Shown: in pieces, positions 28,659-38,483 of the stretch
Position numbering within the stretch: the stretch's first letter is position 1
How the letters are laid out: every line of letters begins with the position of its first letter
Assembly: GCA_963775425.1 (NCBI GenBank)
Contig: CAVZJB010000004.1
Coordinates: 416,001 to 480,000, forward strand
Length of the DNA: 64,000 nucleotides
Source of the DNA: an uncultured delta proteobacterium
GTDB lineage: Bacteria > Myxococcota > UBA727 > VGSZ01
Reading direction: 5' to 3'
Program-made: the position numbers and the translations under genes
Notes under the pieces: model-generated
Told to the model about the DNA's origin: nothing
The model's input: the letters and a program-made list of their open reading frames with translations, nothing else
Databases searched by the model: none

Positions 28659-29434
28659 TCGCAGCGCTCGTCGCCCTCGCGGTCGCCGGCGCGCCCGGTG
28701 TCGATGTCGCGAAGCGCACGGAGGCGCGCGCGTTCGCCGACGTCGACGCCCATCGGTGGTGCGACGCCATGGCGCTGTTCCTCGAAGCGAACGACCAGGC
28801 GCCCGCGCCCGGCCTGCTCCTCGACGCGGCGCACGCCGCCGAGCTCGCCGGCGACCGCAGGCGCGCCGCGGCGCTGTACGGCTCCGTCGACGACGCAGGC
28901 GCGGCCAACAGGCGGGCGACGCTGCTGCGGACGATCGCGCGCGAAGGCCCGGGCACGTCGTGCGCCGGGGGGACCGTCACCGCGGCCGACGACCACACGC
29001 CGGACGCACGCGCCCCCGACGTCGCGCCCCCGCCCGATGACGAGGCGGGCGCACGTGACGACGGTGCCGCCGCGGTCGATGCGCACGCCGGCCGCGGCAA
29101 GCATCACGCGCGTCACCGCAGGCGGCACCCGCGGCCCGTCGACGCGCACCGCGTCGAGCAAGCGCCGCCGTCGAACGGGCCATGGGGCTTCGCCGCGCTC
29201 GGTGCCGGCGGCGCGGGGATGCTGGTCGGCGTCGTCCTCGTCGGCGTCGGCGGCGAGCCCTGGGTCGCGTCGAGCACGGCGCCGGAGGGCAGCGCGGGGC
29301 GCGCGCAGCGCTCGAGCGGCGCCTACCGCTTCGACGCCTACGGCAAGGGCGTCCTCGCCGGCGGCGGCGCGCTCCTCGCGGCCTCCGCCGTCGCGCTCGC
29401 GGGCGGCGCCGTGCTCCTCCGCGGCGAGGAGTGA
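28655..29434 (+). CDS. Exported TPR-like protein with C-terminal hydrophobic helices (kinase-associated; possibly degenerate)
   Basis: ATGA overlap with the kinase stop; signal peptide; CDAMALFLEANDQAPAPGLLLDAAHAAELAG TPR-like pair. Confidence 0.6.
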
Positions 29435-29485
29435 GGCCCCGCGGGGGCCCCGCGCCGTTCGCGGCGTCCGCTCCGTCGGCGGCGC

Positions 29486-29898
29486 GTAGGGCGGTGAGCG
29501 GTGCGGTGCCCTCCGACGCGCCCCACGAGGGGGCGCCCTACCTGCGGGAAGACGTCGTCGTCACGACGAACGCCGGCCCGCCGTGAGTGTGATCCATCGG
29601 GAACGCGCGGGACGGAACGGTGCGGTGCCCTCCGACGCGCCCCACGAGGGGCGCCCTACGTGCGGGAAGACGTCGTCGTCAACGACGAACGCCGGCCCGC
29701 CGTGAATGTCGGAACGCCGCTGAGCTCAAGGGTCGACGGGAGCCGCACCGTCGATGCGGCGCGTGCGTGCCCGGGGCCTGGCCGACGCGTGCGGCGACGA
29801 CGGCGCCGGCCGTCGCCCCGATGCGAGGAAGGCGGCAAGACGTCGTCGTCAGCGACGAACGCCGTCCCGCCGTGAATGTCGGAACGCCGTCAGCTCAG
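29486..29898. repeat. REP/BIME-like repeat cluster between convergent genes
   Basis: A ~90-bp unit at ~29499-29590 and ~29618-29710, with a partial third copy at ~29837-29898. GTAGGGCG...CGCCCTAC inverted ends at 29486-29541. Confidence 0.8.
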
Positions 29899-30122
29899 CG
29901 GGTGACTTCGCGCCGGAGGAGGTAGCCGAACAGCAGCAGGTGGACGTGGCGGGCGCGGGTGGCGTCGTCGTCGTCGGGGAATTGTGCGCGGGCGACGGCC
30001 TTCATGACCCCGAGCATCTCGTTGCCGACCTCGCTCGCGATGAGCGCGTCGAGCTCCTCGCCGCTCAGGCTCTGGACCGTCTGCAGCGCGGCGAGCGCGC
30101 GCTTGTCGTCGGGGGCGGCCAC
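29895..30122 (-). CDS. Small hypothetical protein (75 aa)
   Basis: Starts immediately after the alpha-amylase stop, with GGAGG upstream; high GC3. Confidence 0.7.
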   Translation of the reverse strand: MAAPDDKRALAALQTVQSLSGEELDALIASEVGNEMLGVMKAVARAQFPDDDDATRARHVHLLLFGYLLRREVTR

Positions 30123-32135
30123 TCAGGCCTCCTCGAGCGCGAGGACCTGCACCTCGTAGGGCGCGAGCTTCGCGAACAGGCCACGCGCCTTGAGGTCGCG
30201 GCCGAGCACGGGCGCCGGCCAGAGCGCTTTGTTCGGGTCGTCGGCCATCAGGTCGCGCACCTGGTAGCGCTTGTCGTCGTCGATCGAGAGCCCGTCGACG
30301 CGAAACACGTTCTCGCGCGTCTCCGTGTTCGACAGGTTCGCCAGCACGAACGCTGTGCTCGAGCGAGCGTCGGGGAAGCGCGCCATGGCCAGGAGCGCGT
30401 CGTCGGCGCCCCCGCTCTGCGGCCGAAGCCACGCACGGTTGTCGTCGTGCAACGCGGGGAGCGTTTTGCGCGCGCGACCGGCGCGCGCGATGACCTCGGC
30501 CATCTTCTTCCCTGCGGTGTCGGCGGCCCGCAGCGCGGCGACGCCTCGGTACTGCTTGAACGGGATCTGCGTGCGCTCGCCGAGGTCGTCGCCGGCGACG
30601 CGCGAGGTGGGCCCGCCGAAGAGCTGCAGGAGCGCCTCGAGCCGCGCGCTCGCCTGGTGGTTGTCCCCGAGGCACACCAGCGGCCGCGTCTCGTCGTGCG
30701 ACGACAGGCTCAACAGGTCGTGGAACCACGGGTCCTCGACGATGTGCTCGAAGTCCTCCGGGCGGTGCGCGCCGAGCAGGTTGTGGAACCAGCCCCCCTG
30801 CCCCGCGTCGAGGAAGTGCCGCGTCTTGTCGTTGGTGTGGAAGTCCTCGCCGAAGAAGAACAGGGTCTTTCCCGGCGCGTGCGCGTCGACGTCGGCCTGC
30901 ACGCGATTGACCGCGCCCTCGAGCATGGCCTCGGGCAGCCCCGTGAGGTGGTCGAGGCGGAAGCCGTCGACGCCGGCGTCCACGGCCCAGAAGCGCAGGA
31001 TGCGCTCGAGCCAGCCCTGCACCGCCTTGTTCTCGTCTGTGGGGACGCCGTCCCACCAGTGATAGCCCCAGCGAAAGCGGCCGTGGTTGAGCTGCGCGGT
31101 GTCCGGCCACTCCCACCAGCCGCCCGGCGCCTTGTCGTCGGCGGTGCGCGCGCCGTGGGGGTCCAGGTCCTTGTTGCCGTACATCCAGGGCGCCACGTAC
31201 TCCATGTAGTCGGGCACGCTCGGGTCCTGCAGCCTCTTGTCGACGACCTTGAGCTGCTCGGGGCTCACCACCACCTGCGCGAAGTCGTCCTTGCGCACCT
31301 CGCGGACCTCGTGGCCGGCGGCGTCCCTCTCGACGAAGAGGTCACGGAACTCGTAGTTGTGCCCGACGTGGTTGAGGGCGACGTCGAGGTAGACCTGCAC
31401 GCCGAGCTCGTGCGCCTTGCTCACGAAGCGCTTGAATTCCTCGAGGGCCGCCGTGCGCGCCTGCTCCTCGGTGCCGCCCTTCGCGATCACCGCGCGGGCG
31501 TCGCGCGACAGCTCGGAGCGGATGGAGAAGTAGTCCTTCACGGCGTACGGGCTGCCGGCGTCGTCGACGGCGGGGCGCTGGTCCCACTTGCTGACCTTGA
31601 ACGGCGGCATGATCCACAGCGCGTTGACGCCGCGGTCGACGAGGCCCTCCAGGGTGTACTCGCCCTTCGCCTCCATCATGTCGGCGAAGGTGCCGGGGAG
31701 CTTGTTTTGTGCGTCGAAGTTGACGTTGCCGACGGCGACCTCCTCGATGGCGAGGTCGTCGAAGCGCTCGTCGCGCGGACGGAACCGGACGTCGCCGATG
31801 CCGCTTTGCCCCATCCACTGCCAGCTCTTGCCGTCGTCGACGGAGACGCGGCCGACGGCGCGGTAGTTGCCGACGCGGTTCACGGGCAGGTCGAGCGTGA
31901 AGCGCGCGTGGCCGCCGCCGGCGCCCGCCGGGCGCATGGGCACGGCGTGGAACGTGTCGGGGGCGGCGTTGTCGTCGGCGTTGGTCCACACCTCCGCCTT
32001 CACGCGCGCGGGATCGTCGGTCTCCACGTCGAGCGCGAGCGGGAGGGCGTCGCCGGGCTTGTCCCAGGGCAGATCCACCCGCCCTGTGGCGTCCATGCGC
32101 GGGGTGGTGAAGCTCGTGATGCGGGCGAACGGCAC
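30123..32135 (-). CDS. GH13 alpha-amylase family glycoside hydrolase
   Basis: GSPYAVKDY, LDVALNH, VDGFRLD, GED, SSHDE. Start is GTG 32135 or 32159. Confidence 0.9.
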   Translation of the reverse strand: MPFARITSFTTPRMDATGRVDLPWDKPGDALPLALDVETDDPARVKAEVWTNADDNAAPDTFHAVPMRPAGAGGGHARFTLDLPVNRVGNYRAVGRVSVDDGKSWQWMGQSGIGDVRFRPRDERFDDLAIEEVAVGNVNFDAQNKLPGTFADMMEAKGEYTLEGLVDRGVNALWIMPPFKVSKWDQRPAVDDAGSPYAVKDYFSIRSELSRDARAVIAKGGTEEQARTAALEEFKRFVSKAHELGVQVYLDVALNHVGHNYEFRDLFVERDAAGHEVREVRKDDFAQVVVSPEQLKVVDKRLQDPSVPDYMEYVAPWMYGNKDLDPHGARTADDKAPGGWWEWPDTAQLNHGRFRWGYHWWDGVPTDENKAVQGWLERILRFWAVDAGVDGFRLDHLTGLPEAMLEGAVNRVQADVDAHAPGKTLFFFGEDFHTNDKTRHFLDAGQGGWFHNLLGAHRPEDFEHIVEDPWFHDLLSLSSHDETRPLVCLGDNHQASARLEALLQLFGGPTSRVAGDDLGERTQIPFKQYRGVAALRAADTAGKKMAEVIARAGRARKTLPALHDDNRAWLRPQSGGADDALLAMARFPDARSSTAFVLANLSNTETRENVFRVDGLSIDDDKRYQVRDLMADDPNKALWPAPVLGRDLKARGLFAKLAPYEVQVLALEEA

Positions 32136-32247
32136 GACAGGGGTATCGGCCGGGGGCACCTACAGTTGCCCACATCGGCCGCTCGGGGCGCAACGGCCTG
32201 GAATTGCGACGCTTGCGCCGCCGCGCACGCTCCTGCGAGCCTGCGCC

Positions 32248-33360
32248 GTGTCCGCGCCCGCGCTCCGCCGCCTCGTCACCGCCGCCGCGCTCGCCGCGGC
32301 GCTCGCGCCGGCCGCGGCCCGAGCGGGGGAGACCGTGCGCATCGCGGTCGGCCGCTTCCCCGGCGCCGTCGTCATCAAGGGCGCAGGGCTGCGCGCCGAG
32401 GGCGTCGACGTCGACGGCGACACCGTGACGCTCCGGCCGACGCGCAAGGGGATCCGCGCGGGCAGCAAGACCCTCGAGCGCGACATCGTGCGTGTCACCG
32501 CGCCGGGCACGCTCTCCTTGCACGGGCACCGCTACCACAAGGAGCTCGAGGTCCGCTTCCGCTTCTACGACCACAAGCCCGAGCTCCTCGTCGTGCACCC
32601 GCTCGACCTCGAGACGTACGTCACCGGCATCGTCTCCTCCGAGCTGCCGGGCGGCTGGCCGCTCGAGGCGTACAAGGCGCAGGCGGTGGCGGCGCGCACC
32701 TTCGCGCTCTGGCAGAAGTACCGGCGGCTCGACCTGCCCTACCACATGCAGGCGAGCGTCCTCGATCAGGTCTACGGCGGGGTCGAGCGCGAGCACGCGC
32801 TCGCGCAGCGGGCGGCCGAGGAGACGCGCGGCATGGTCCTCACCTGGCGCCGCCACCTCGTGCAGGCCTACTTCCATGCGGCGTGCGGCGGACACACGGA
32901 GAGCGCCCTCGAGGGCTGGGGCATGGCGCTGCCGTATCTGCCCGGGAGCAAGTGCGGCTTCTGCAACGCGGCCACGCGCCATCGCTGGTCCGCGCGCATC
33001 GCCCGCGCCGACGTCGACAAGGCGTTCGCCGGGCTCCTGCGCGAGCCCGTCACGTCCATCGCCGTGATCGACAAGACCCGGACCGGGCGCGTGAAGACCC
33101 TGCTCGTCAAGGGCAAGACCCGGCACGCGCGCATCACCGGCGCCGACCTGCGGCGGCTGCTCGGCTACAACCGCGTGTGGTCGACGTGGCTCGACGAGCT
33201 GGCGCTGAAGAGCGACGCGCTCGTCGTCAGCGGGCGCGGCTCCGGGCACGGCGTGGGCATGTGCCAGTGGGGCGCGCGCGGCATGGCGCTCGCCGGCAAG
33301 CACTTCGACGAGATCCTCGCGCGCTACTACCCGGGCGCCACCCTCGCGCGCGTCTATTGA
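32248..33360 (+). CDS. SpoIID/LytB domain protein (peptidoglycan lytic transglycosylase family)
   Basis: LETYVTGIVSSE, EAYKAQAVAARTFA, DQVYGG, GRGSGHGVGMCQWGA, ILARYYPG; start approximate. Confidence 0.92.
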   Translation: MSAPALRRLVTAAALAAALAPAAARAGETVRIAVGRFPGAVVIKGAGLRAEGVDVDGDTVTLRPTRKGIRAGSKTLERDIVRVTAPGTLSLHGHRYHKELEVRFRFYDHKPELLVVHPLDLETYVTGIVSSELPGGWPLEAYKAQAVAARTFALWQKYRRLDLPYHMQASVLDQVYGGVEREHALAQRAAEETRGMVLTWRRHLVQAYFHAACGGHTESALEGWGMALPYLPGSKCGFCNAATRHRWSARIARADVDKAFAGLLREPVTSIAVIDKTRTGRVKTLLVKGKTRHARITGADLRRLLGYNRVWSTWLDELALKSDALVVSGRGSGHGVGMCQWGARGMALAGKHFDEILARYYPGATLARVY

Positions 33361-33380
33361 TTTCGTGATAGCTCCACGGC

Positions 33381-35381
33381 GTGATGTCCCTCGAGGGTCC
33401 GTCGCGCGCCGTCGCGTTCATCGGCCTTGCCGTCTTCGCGCTCTCCGCCGCCTCCGCGTGCCGCACGCCGCGAAACGCCGCGGTCCCGGCGCCGAGAGCG
33501 GCGGCGCCCGCGCCGAAAGCGGCGGCGCCGGCGGTGCCGTGGTCCAGGAGCCCCGCGGCCGCCCGCCTCGTGCTCGTCCACCTCTCCGACAGCGAGGCGG
33601 GGCTCCTCCCCGACGACGCCAGCGCCGCCGGCGGCGGCCTCGCGCGCGCCCAGGCGGTCATCAGCGCGCTCAAGGCGCGGGGGGGCGACGACGCGTTGGT
33701 GCTCGCCGCGGGAGACCTCTACATCCCGTCGCCGGAGCTGAGCCTCGAGATAGCCGGCAAGAGCGCGGTGCTCACCGGCAACACCATGCTGTCCTTGCAG
33801 GCGAGCGCGCTCGGCAACCACGAGCTCGACCTCGGCGAGGAGTTCCTCGGAAACGCCATCGCCGCCATGAGCTTCCCGTACCTGACGTCGACGCTCGCGG
33901 TGACGTCGGGGCCGCTCGAGAAGGTGCTCGCGGACGTGTCGCACGGGACGCCCTGGGCGGACGACATCCCGGGGAAGCTCGTGCCGCGCGCCAAGGCGTG
34001 CGTCGGCAAGAGGGTCGGCGCCGCATGCGACGGCCTCGTCGTGGGTCTCGTCGGCGCCACCACCGAAGAGCTGCGGCTCATCTCCAAAGGCGCGTCGGCG
34101 GACCTCGCGAGCCCCAACGACCTCGACGGCGTCCGCGCCGACATCCAGAAGAACGTGGACGCGCTCACGCAGGAGGGCGTCCACGTCGTCATCCTGCTGT
34201 CGCACCTTCAGGGCGCCTTTCGCGAGGCGCAGCTCGTGAAGGACGGCCTCACCGGCGTCGACATCATCGTCGCCGGCGGCGGCGAGAACCGTCTCGCGGC
34301 CAAGGGGGATCGCCTGCTCGAGAAGGACGAGCCCGATCGGCTCTGCAAGGTCTTCGGCGAGCCCTGCTATCCGACGGCGCTCGTCGCCAGGGACGGAAAG
34401 CCCACGCTCCTCGTGGCCACCAGCGGCGACCTCCGCTACGTCGGCAACCTCGTCGCCGACTTCGACGCCGACGGCGTGCTCACCGGCACCGACGACACGG
34501 CGTCGCGGCCGTGGCCCGTCGACGAAGAGTCGCTCATCGAGCTGCGCGCGCACCTCGACAAAAAGACGCTCGCCTTCCAGCAGCAGGTGCGCGACGACCT
34601 GCAGCCGCTCCTCGAGGAGATCGGCTCGAGCGACGTGTTCCTCGAAGGCACCCGTGAAGAGGTGCGCAACCGCGAGACCAACCTCGGCGACCTCTCCGCG
34701 GACGCCATCGTCTACGCCGCGCGCGCGTTGTCGCCCGCGCTCGGGCTCAGGAACGGCGGCGGCATCCGCGCGTCCGTCGGCATCGTCGACTCCATCACCG
34801 GCGAGCGGAAGGGCGGCCCCATCCGCATGCTCGACCTGAAGACCGCGCTGCGCTTCGACAGCAAGGTGGTCGTCGTCGACACCACGCACGCCGGGCTCAA
34901 GGCCACGCTGGAGAGCGCGCTGCGCGGCGCCGGCACGTCGAAGGGACAGTTCCCGCAGGTGTCCTCCGACGTGGTGCTCGAGTACGACGTCAGGGCGCCC
35001 GAGCAGACGCACGTGTTGAAAGACGGGCGCATCGAGAAGGTGGCGTGCCCCGGGGCGCGCGTGCGCACGCTGGTGGTGGGCGGCGTCCCCGTGGTGCGCG
35101 AGGGCAAGCTCCTCACGCCGCGCGCGAAGATCAAGGTGGCCACCATCGACTACCTCGCGCACGGCGGCGACGGCTGGTTCCCCGGCGACAAGAACCTCGC
35201 CGTCACCGAGGTGGAGGGCGCGACGGAGCAATCGAGCTTCAAGGACTACGTCGCGGCCCTCCAGCAAAACGGCACATGGCGCGGCGGCGGCGGCTACCTC
35301 GACGGCGTCGGCGCGCGCATCAAGAAGGTGGACGCCCCCGTCGACGACGTCCCCGCCGGCTGCGCCGCCCCCGCGCCGTAA
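33381..35381 (+). CDS. Bifunctional metallophosphoesterase/5'-nucleotidase family lipoprotein
   Basis: AGD, LGNHELDLG, LSH, VRNRETNLGDLSADA, NGGGIRAS, GQFPQVS, DYLAHGGDG. Confidence 0.88.
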   Translation: MMSLEGPSRAVAFIGLAVFALSAASACRTPRNAAVPAPRAAAPAPKAAAPAVPWSRSPAAARLVLVHLSDSEAGLLPDDASAAGGGLARAQAVISALKARGGDDALVLAAGDLYIPSPELSLEIAGKSAVLTGNTMLSLQASALGNHELDLGEEFLGNAIAAMSFPYLTSTLAVTSGPLEKVLADVSHGTPWADDIPGKLVPRAKACVGKRVGAACDGLVVGLVGATTEELRLISKGASADLASPNDLDGVRADIQKNVDALTQEGVHVVILLSHLQGAFREAQLVKDGLTGVDIIVAGGGENRLAAKGDRLLEKDEPDRLCKVFGEPCYPTALVARDGKPTLLVATSGDLRYVGNLVADFDADGVLTGTDDTASRPWPVDEESLIELRAHLDKKTLAFQQQVRDDLQPLLEEIGSSDVFLEGTREEVRNRETNLGDLSADAIVYAARALSPALGLRNGGGIRASVGIVDSITGERKGGPIRMLDLKTALRFDSKVVVVDTTHAGLKATLESALRGAGTSKGQFPQVSSDVVLEYDVRAPEQTHVLKDGRIEKVACPGARVRTLVVGGVPVVREGKLLTPRAKIKVATIDYLAHGGDGWFPGDKNLAVTEVEGATEQSSFKDYVAALQQNGTWRGGGGYLDGVGARIKKVDAPVDDVPAGCAAPAP

Positions 35382-35430
35382 CCCGACGACGGCGCCTGTA
35401 CGACGGGGGCCGCGGCGGTATAAGCGCCGG

Positions 35431-37305
35431 ATGCAGAACAGCTCCCCTGCCTCCTCCGCGGGCAGCAAGTCCCTCGGCGAGATGTTCCTCGACCGGGCCC
35501 GCGCTCACCCCGACGTCGCCTGCTTCCGCGTCCGCCGCGGGGACGCCTTCGTCGACGTTCCCTACCGCGAGGCGGGCGCGCGCGTGAACGCGGTGGCGGC
35601 GGGCCTGTTGACCATCCCGGGCGGGCTCGCGCGCCGCTCCTGCGTCGGCATCCTCGGCCCCACCAGCGCCGACTGGATCGTCGCCGACTACGCCTCCCTC
35701 TCCCTCGACGTCCTCGTCGCGCCCATCTACGCCACCCTGCTGCCGGCGGAGATCGGCTACATCTGCCAGGACGCGGGCGTCGAGGTGCTCATCGTCGACG
35801 ACAAGAAGTCGTTCGAGAAGGTGCGCTCGGTGGCCGGCGGCTTCACCTTCTTCGACAAGAGCTATCCGGCGCTGAAGGTGCGCCGCACCATCGTCATCGA
35901 CCCCACCGGCCTCGCGCCCGGGGACGACTGGGAGAGCCTCGCCGACCTCGAAGCGCGCGGCCGCGAGGTGCTCGAGCAGACGCGCAAGGAGCGCGAGGAG
36001 CGGCTCGCGTCCATCAAGCGCGACGACGTCGCCACCTACGGATACACCTCGGGCACCACCGGCCCGCCGAAGGGCGTGATCCAGACCCACGGCAACTGGC
36101 TCTCCCTCCTCGAGGTGTCCACCGATCTGGGCATGTTCACCGAGGGCACGCGCAAGACCGGCGCGTTCCTCTTCCTGCCGCTCGCCCACAGCTTCGGCCG
36201 GCTCATCGAATTCGCCGCCGTGTTCCACGCGGGTCCGCTCATCATCTCGTCCATCGAGACCATCCCCGACGACCTCAAGCTCTCGCGCCCGGGCGTGGTC
36301 CCCGCGGCGCCGCGCGTCTACGAGAAGGTGTACGCGCGGCTGATGGCGGGCGTCGCGTCGCAGCCGCCGGTGCGCCAGAAGCTCTTTCACTGGGCCGTCG
36401 GCGTCGGCAAAGCGACCCTGCCGTACCGACAGAAGAACCGTCCGCTGCCGCTGGTGCTCAAGGCGCAACACGCGCTGGCCGACCGCCTCGTCCTCGGCAA
36501 GCTGCGCACGCGCCTCGGCCTCGATCGTGTGGAGGCGATGATCTCGGGGTCCGCGCCGTTGGCGCCGGCGGTGCACGAGCTGTTCGTCGCCTGCGGCATG
36601 ATGCTCTACGAGGGCTACGGCCTCACCGAGACCTGCCCGGCGCTCACCGCCAACCGGCCCGGCAAGTGGAAGCTCGGCACCGTGGGACAGCCCATCGACA
36701 ACGTCGTCATCAAGATCGCCGCGGACGGCGAGATCCTCGCCAAGGGTCCGAACGTCACCTCCGGCTACCTGAACCGGCCCGACGCCAACAAGGACGCCTT
36801 CGACGACGACGGCTGGTTCCACACCGGCGACATCGGCGAGTTCGACACCGACAACTACCTGCGCATCACCGACCGCAAGAAGGACCTCCTGAAGACCAGC
36901 GGCGGCAAGTACGTCGCGCCGCAGAAGATCGAGGGCCTGTTGAAGAGCAAGCCGATGATCGGCGAGGCCGTGGTCATCGGCGACGCGCGCAAGTACTGCA
37001 CCGCGCTGCTCATCCTCGACGATGACGCATGGAAGCAGTGGGCGGAGCAGCACGGCCGCGCGCTCGACGCCCGCGACTCGGTGCTCACGGCGACGCTGCA
37101 AAAGAGCGTCGACGAGGTCAACCGCGACCTCGCGAGCTTCGAGTCCATCAAGTACTTCCGCGCCATCGACACGCCGTTCACCGTGGAGAGCGGCCTTTTG
37201 ACCGCGAGCTTCAAGGTGAAGCGCAAGGAGGTCAGCAAGCGCTTCGCCGGCCTCATCGACGAGATGTACGCGCAGCCGAAGCCGGGCGAGAAAGAAGCGG
37301 CGTAG
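35431..37305 (+). CDS. Long-chain fatty acid--CoA ligase (AMP-dependent synthetase)
   Basis: YTSGTTGPPKG, EGYGLTET, WFHTGDIG, ITDRKKDLLKTSGGKYVAPQKIE. Confidence 0.93.
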   Translation: MQNSSPASSAGSKSLGEMFLDRARAHPDVACFRVRRGDAFVDVPYREAGARVNAVAAGLLTIPGGLARRSCVGILGPTSADWIVADYASLSLDVLVAPIYATLLPAEIGYICQDAGVEVLIVDDKKSFEKVRSVAGGFTFFDKSYPALKVRRTIVIDPTGLAPGDDWESLADLEARGREVLEQTRKEREERLASIKRDDVATYGYTSGTTGPPKGVIQTHGNWLSLLEVSTDLGMFTEGTRKTGAFLFLPLAHSFGRLIEFAAVFHAGPLIISSIETIPDDLKLSRPGVVPAAPRVYEKVYARLMAGVASQPPVRQKLFHWAVGVGKATLPYRQKNRPLPLVLKAQHALADRLVLGKLRTRLGLDRVEAMISGSAPLAPAVHELFVACGMMLYEGYGLTETCPALTANRPGKWKLGTVGQPIDNVVIKIAADGEILAKGPNVTSGYLNRPDANKDAFDDDGWFHTGDIGEFDTDNYLRITDRKKDLLKTSGGKYVAPQKIEGLLKSKPMIGEAVVIGDARKYCTALLILDDDAWKQWAEQHGRALDARDSVLTATLQKSVDEVNRDLASFESIKYFRAIDTPFTVESGLLTASFKVKRKEVSKRFAGLIDEMYAQPKPGEKEAA

Positions 37306-37313
37306 GGCGCCTC

Positions 37314-38432
37314 GTGACGGACGAAGATCTCGACGACCTCGCGACGTACAGCTTCGAGCTCCCCGGGGACCGCATCGCGCAGCGCCCGCTCGGCACGCGC
37401 AGCGACGCGCGGCTGCTGGTGGTGCCGCGCGACGGCCCGCTGGAGCACCGCGGCGTCCGCGATCTCGTGGCGCTCGTCCGCCCCGGCGACGTCCTCGTCG
37501 TCAACGACACCACCGTGATCCCGGCGCGGCTGTACGGAGAGAAGGCGGGGACCGGCGGCCGCGTCGAGGTGCTCCTCGTCCGCCCCGCGGGGGACGACGT
37601 TCGGCCCGACGCCGGCAGGGCGTCGTCGACCTGGGTGTGCCTGGTCAACGCATCGAAGAAGCCGAAGGAGGGCACGCGGCTCGTGTTCGGCACCGGCTCC
37701 GCGCACGCCATCGACGGCTTCTTCGCCACCGTCGAGGGCGCCGTCGACGACGAGCCCGGCGCGTTCATGGTTCGCTTCGACGGGGATCCCGTGGTGTTCG
37801 CGCGCGCGTACGGTCACGTGCCGCTGCCGCCGTACATCGCGCGCGGCGACGACGACGACGACGTCTCCCGCTACCAGACCGTCTTTCACGACGACGAAAA
37901 GCCTGGCTCCTGCGCCGCCCCCACGGCCGGCCTCCACTTCGACGACGCCCTCATCGCGGCGCTGCGGGACAAGGGCGCGGCCTTCGCCAAGGTCACGCTG
38001 CACGTCGGCCCGGGCACGTTCCTCCCGGTGAGGGGCGACCGCCTCGACGAGCACGTCATGCATCCGGAGCCCTGGTTCGTCGACGACGACGCCGCGGCCG
38101 CCATCGCGAAGGCGCGGGCGCAGGGAGGCCGCGTCGTCGCCGTCGGCACCACCACGCTGCGCTGCCTCGAGAGCGCCGCCAAAGACGGCGCCGTCCGCGC
38201 CGGCGCCGGCCTGACACGCTTGTTCATCAAGCCCGGCCACCGCTTTCAGGCGGTCGACGCGCTCGTCACCAACTTCCACCTGCCTCGCTCCACGCTCTTC
38301 GTCCTCGTCTGCGCCTTCGCCGGCCGCGCCCGCATGAGCGCCGCCTACGCGGAGGCCGTACGCGAGGGCTATCGCTTCTACAGCTACGGCGACGCCTGCT
38401 TCCTCGAGCGGGCGCCCGAAGAACGGGTGTGA
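37314..38432 (+). CDS. queA: S-adenosylmethionine:tRNA ribosyltransferase-isomerase
   Basis: IAQRP, VNDTTVIPARL, PLPPYI, YQTVF, AAPTAGLHF, TLHVGPGTF, TNFHLPRSTL, YRFYSYGDA. Confidence 0.98.
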   Translation: MTDEDLDDLATYSFELPGDRIAQRPLGTRSDARLLVVPRDGPLEHRGVRDLVALVRPGDVLVVNDTTVIPARLYGEKAGTGGRVEVLLVRPAGDDVRPDAGRASSTWVCLVNASKKPKEGTRLVFGTGSAHAIDGFFATVEGAVDDEPGAFMVRFDGDPVVFARAYGHVPLPPYIARGDDDDDVSRYQTVFHDDEKPGSCAAPTAGLHFDDALIAALRDKGAAFAKVTLHVGPGTFLPVRGDRLDEHVMHPEPWFVDDDAAAAIAKARAQGGRVVAVGTTTLRCLESAAKDGAVRAGAGLTRLFIKPGHRFQAVDALVTNFHLPRSTLFVLVCAFAGRARMSAAYAEAVREGYRFYSYGDACFLERAPEERV

Positions 38433-38483
38433 GCGGCGCCTTTTGTGGAGGACGCGGCGCGGGCGTCGTACCGTCCGGTCGTC

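Noticed and set aside
29486-29898. Possible CRISPR array or IS remnant
   Set aside because: Units are ~90 bp, irregularly spaced and only 2-3 copies, with no transposase motifs. Treated as REP-like.
29754-33368. 1204-aa plus-strand ORF
   Set aside because: It is antisense to the GH13 gene and then out of frame with spoIID, with an Arg-rich, non-protein-like composition.
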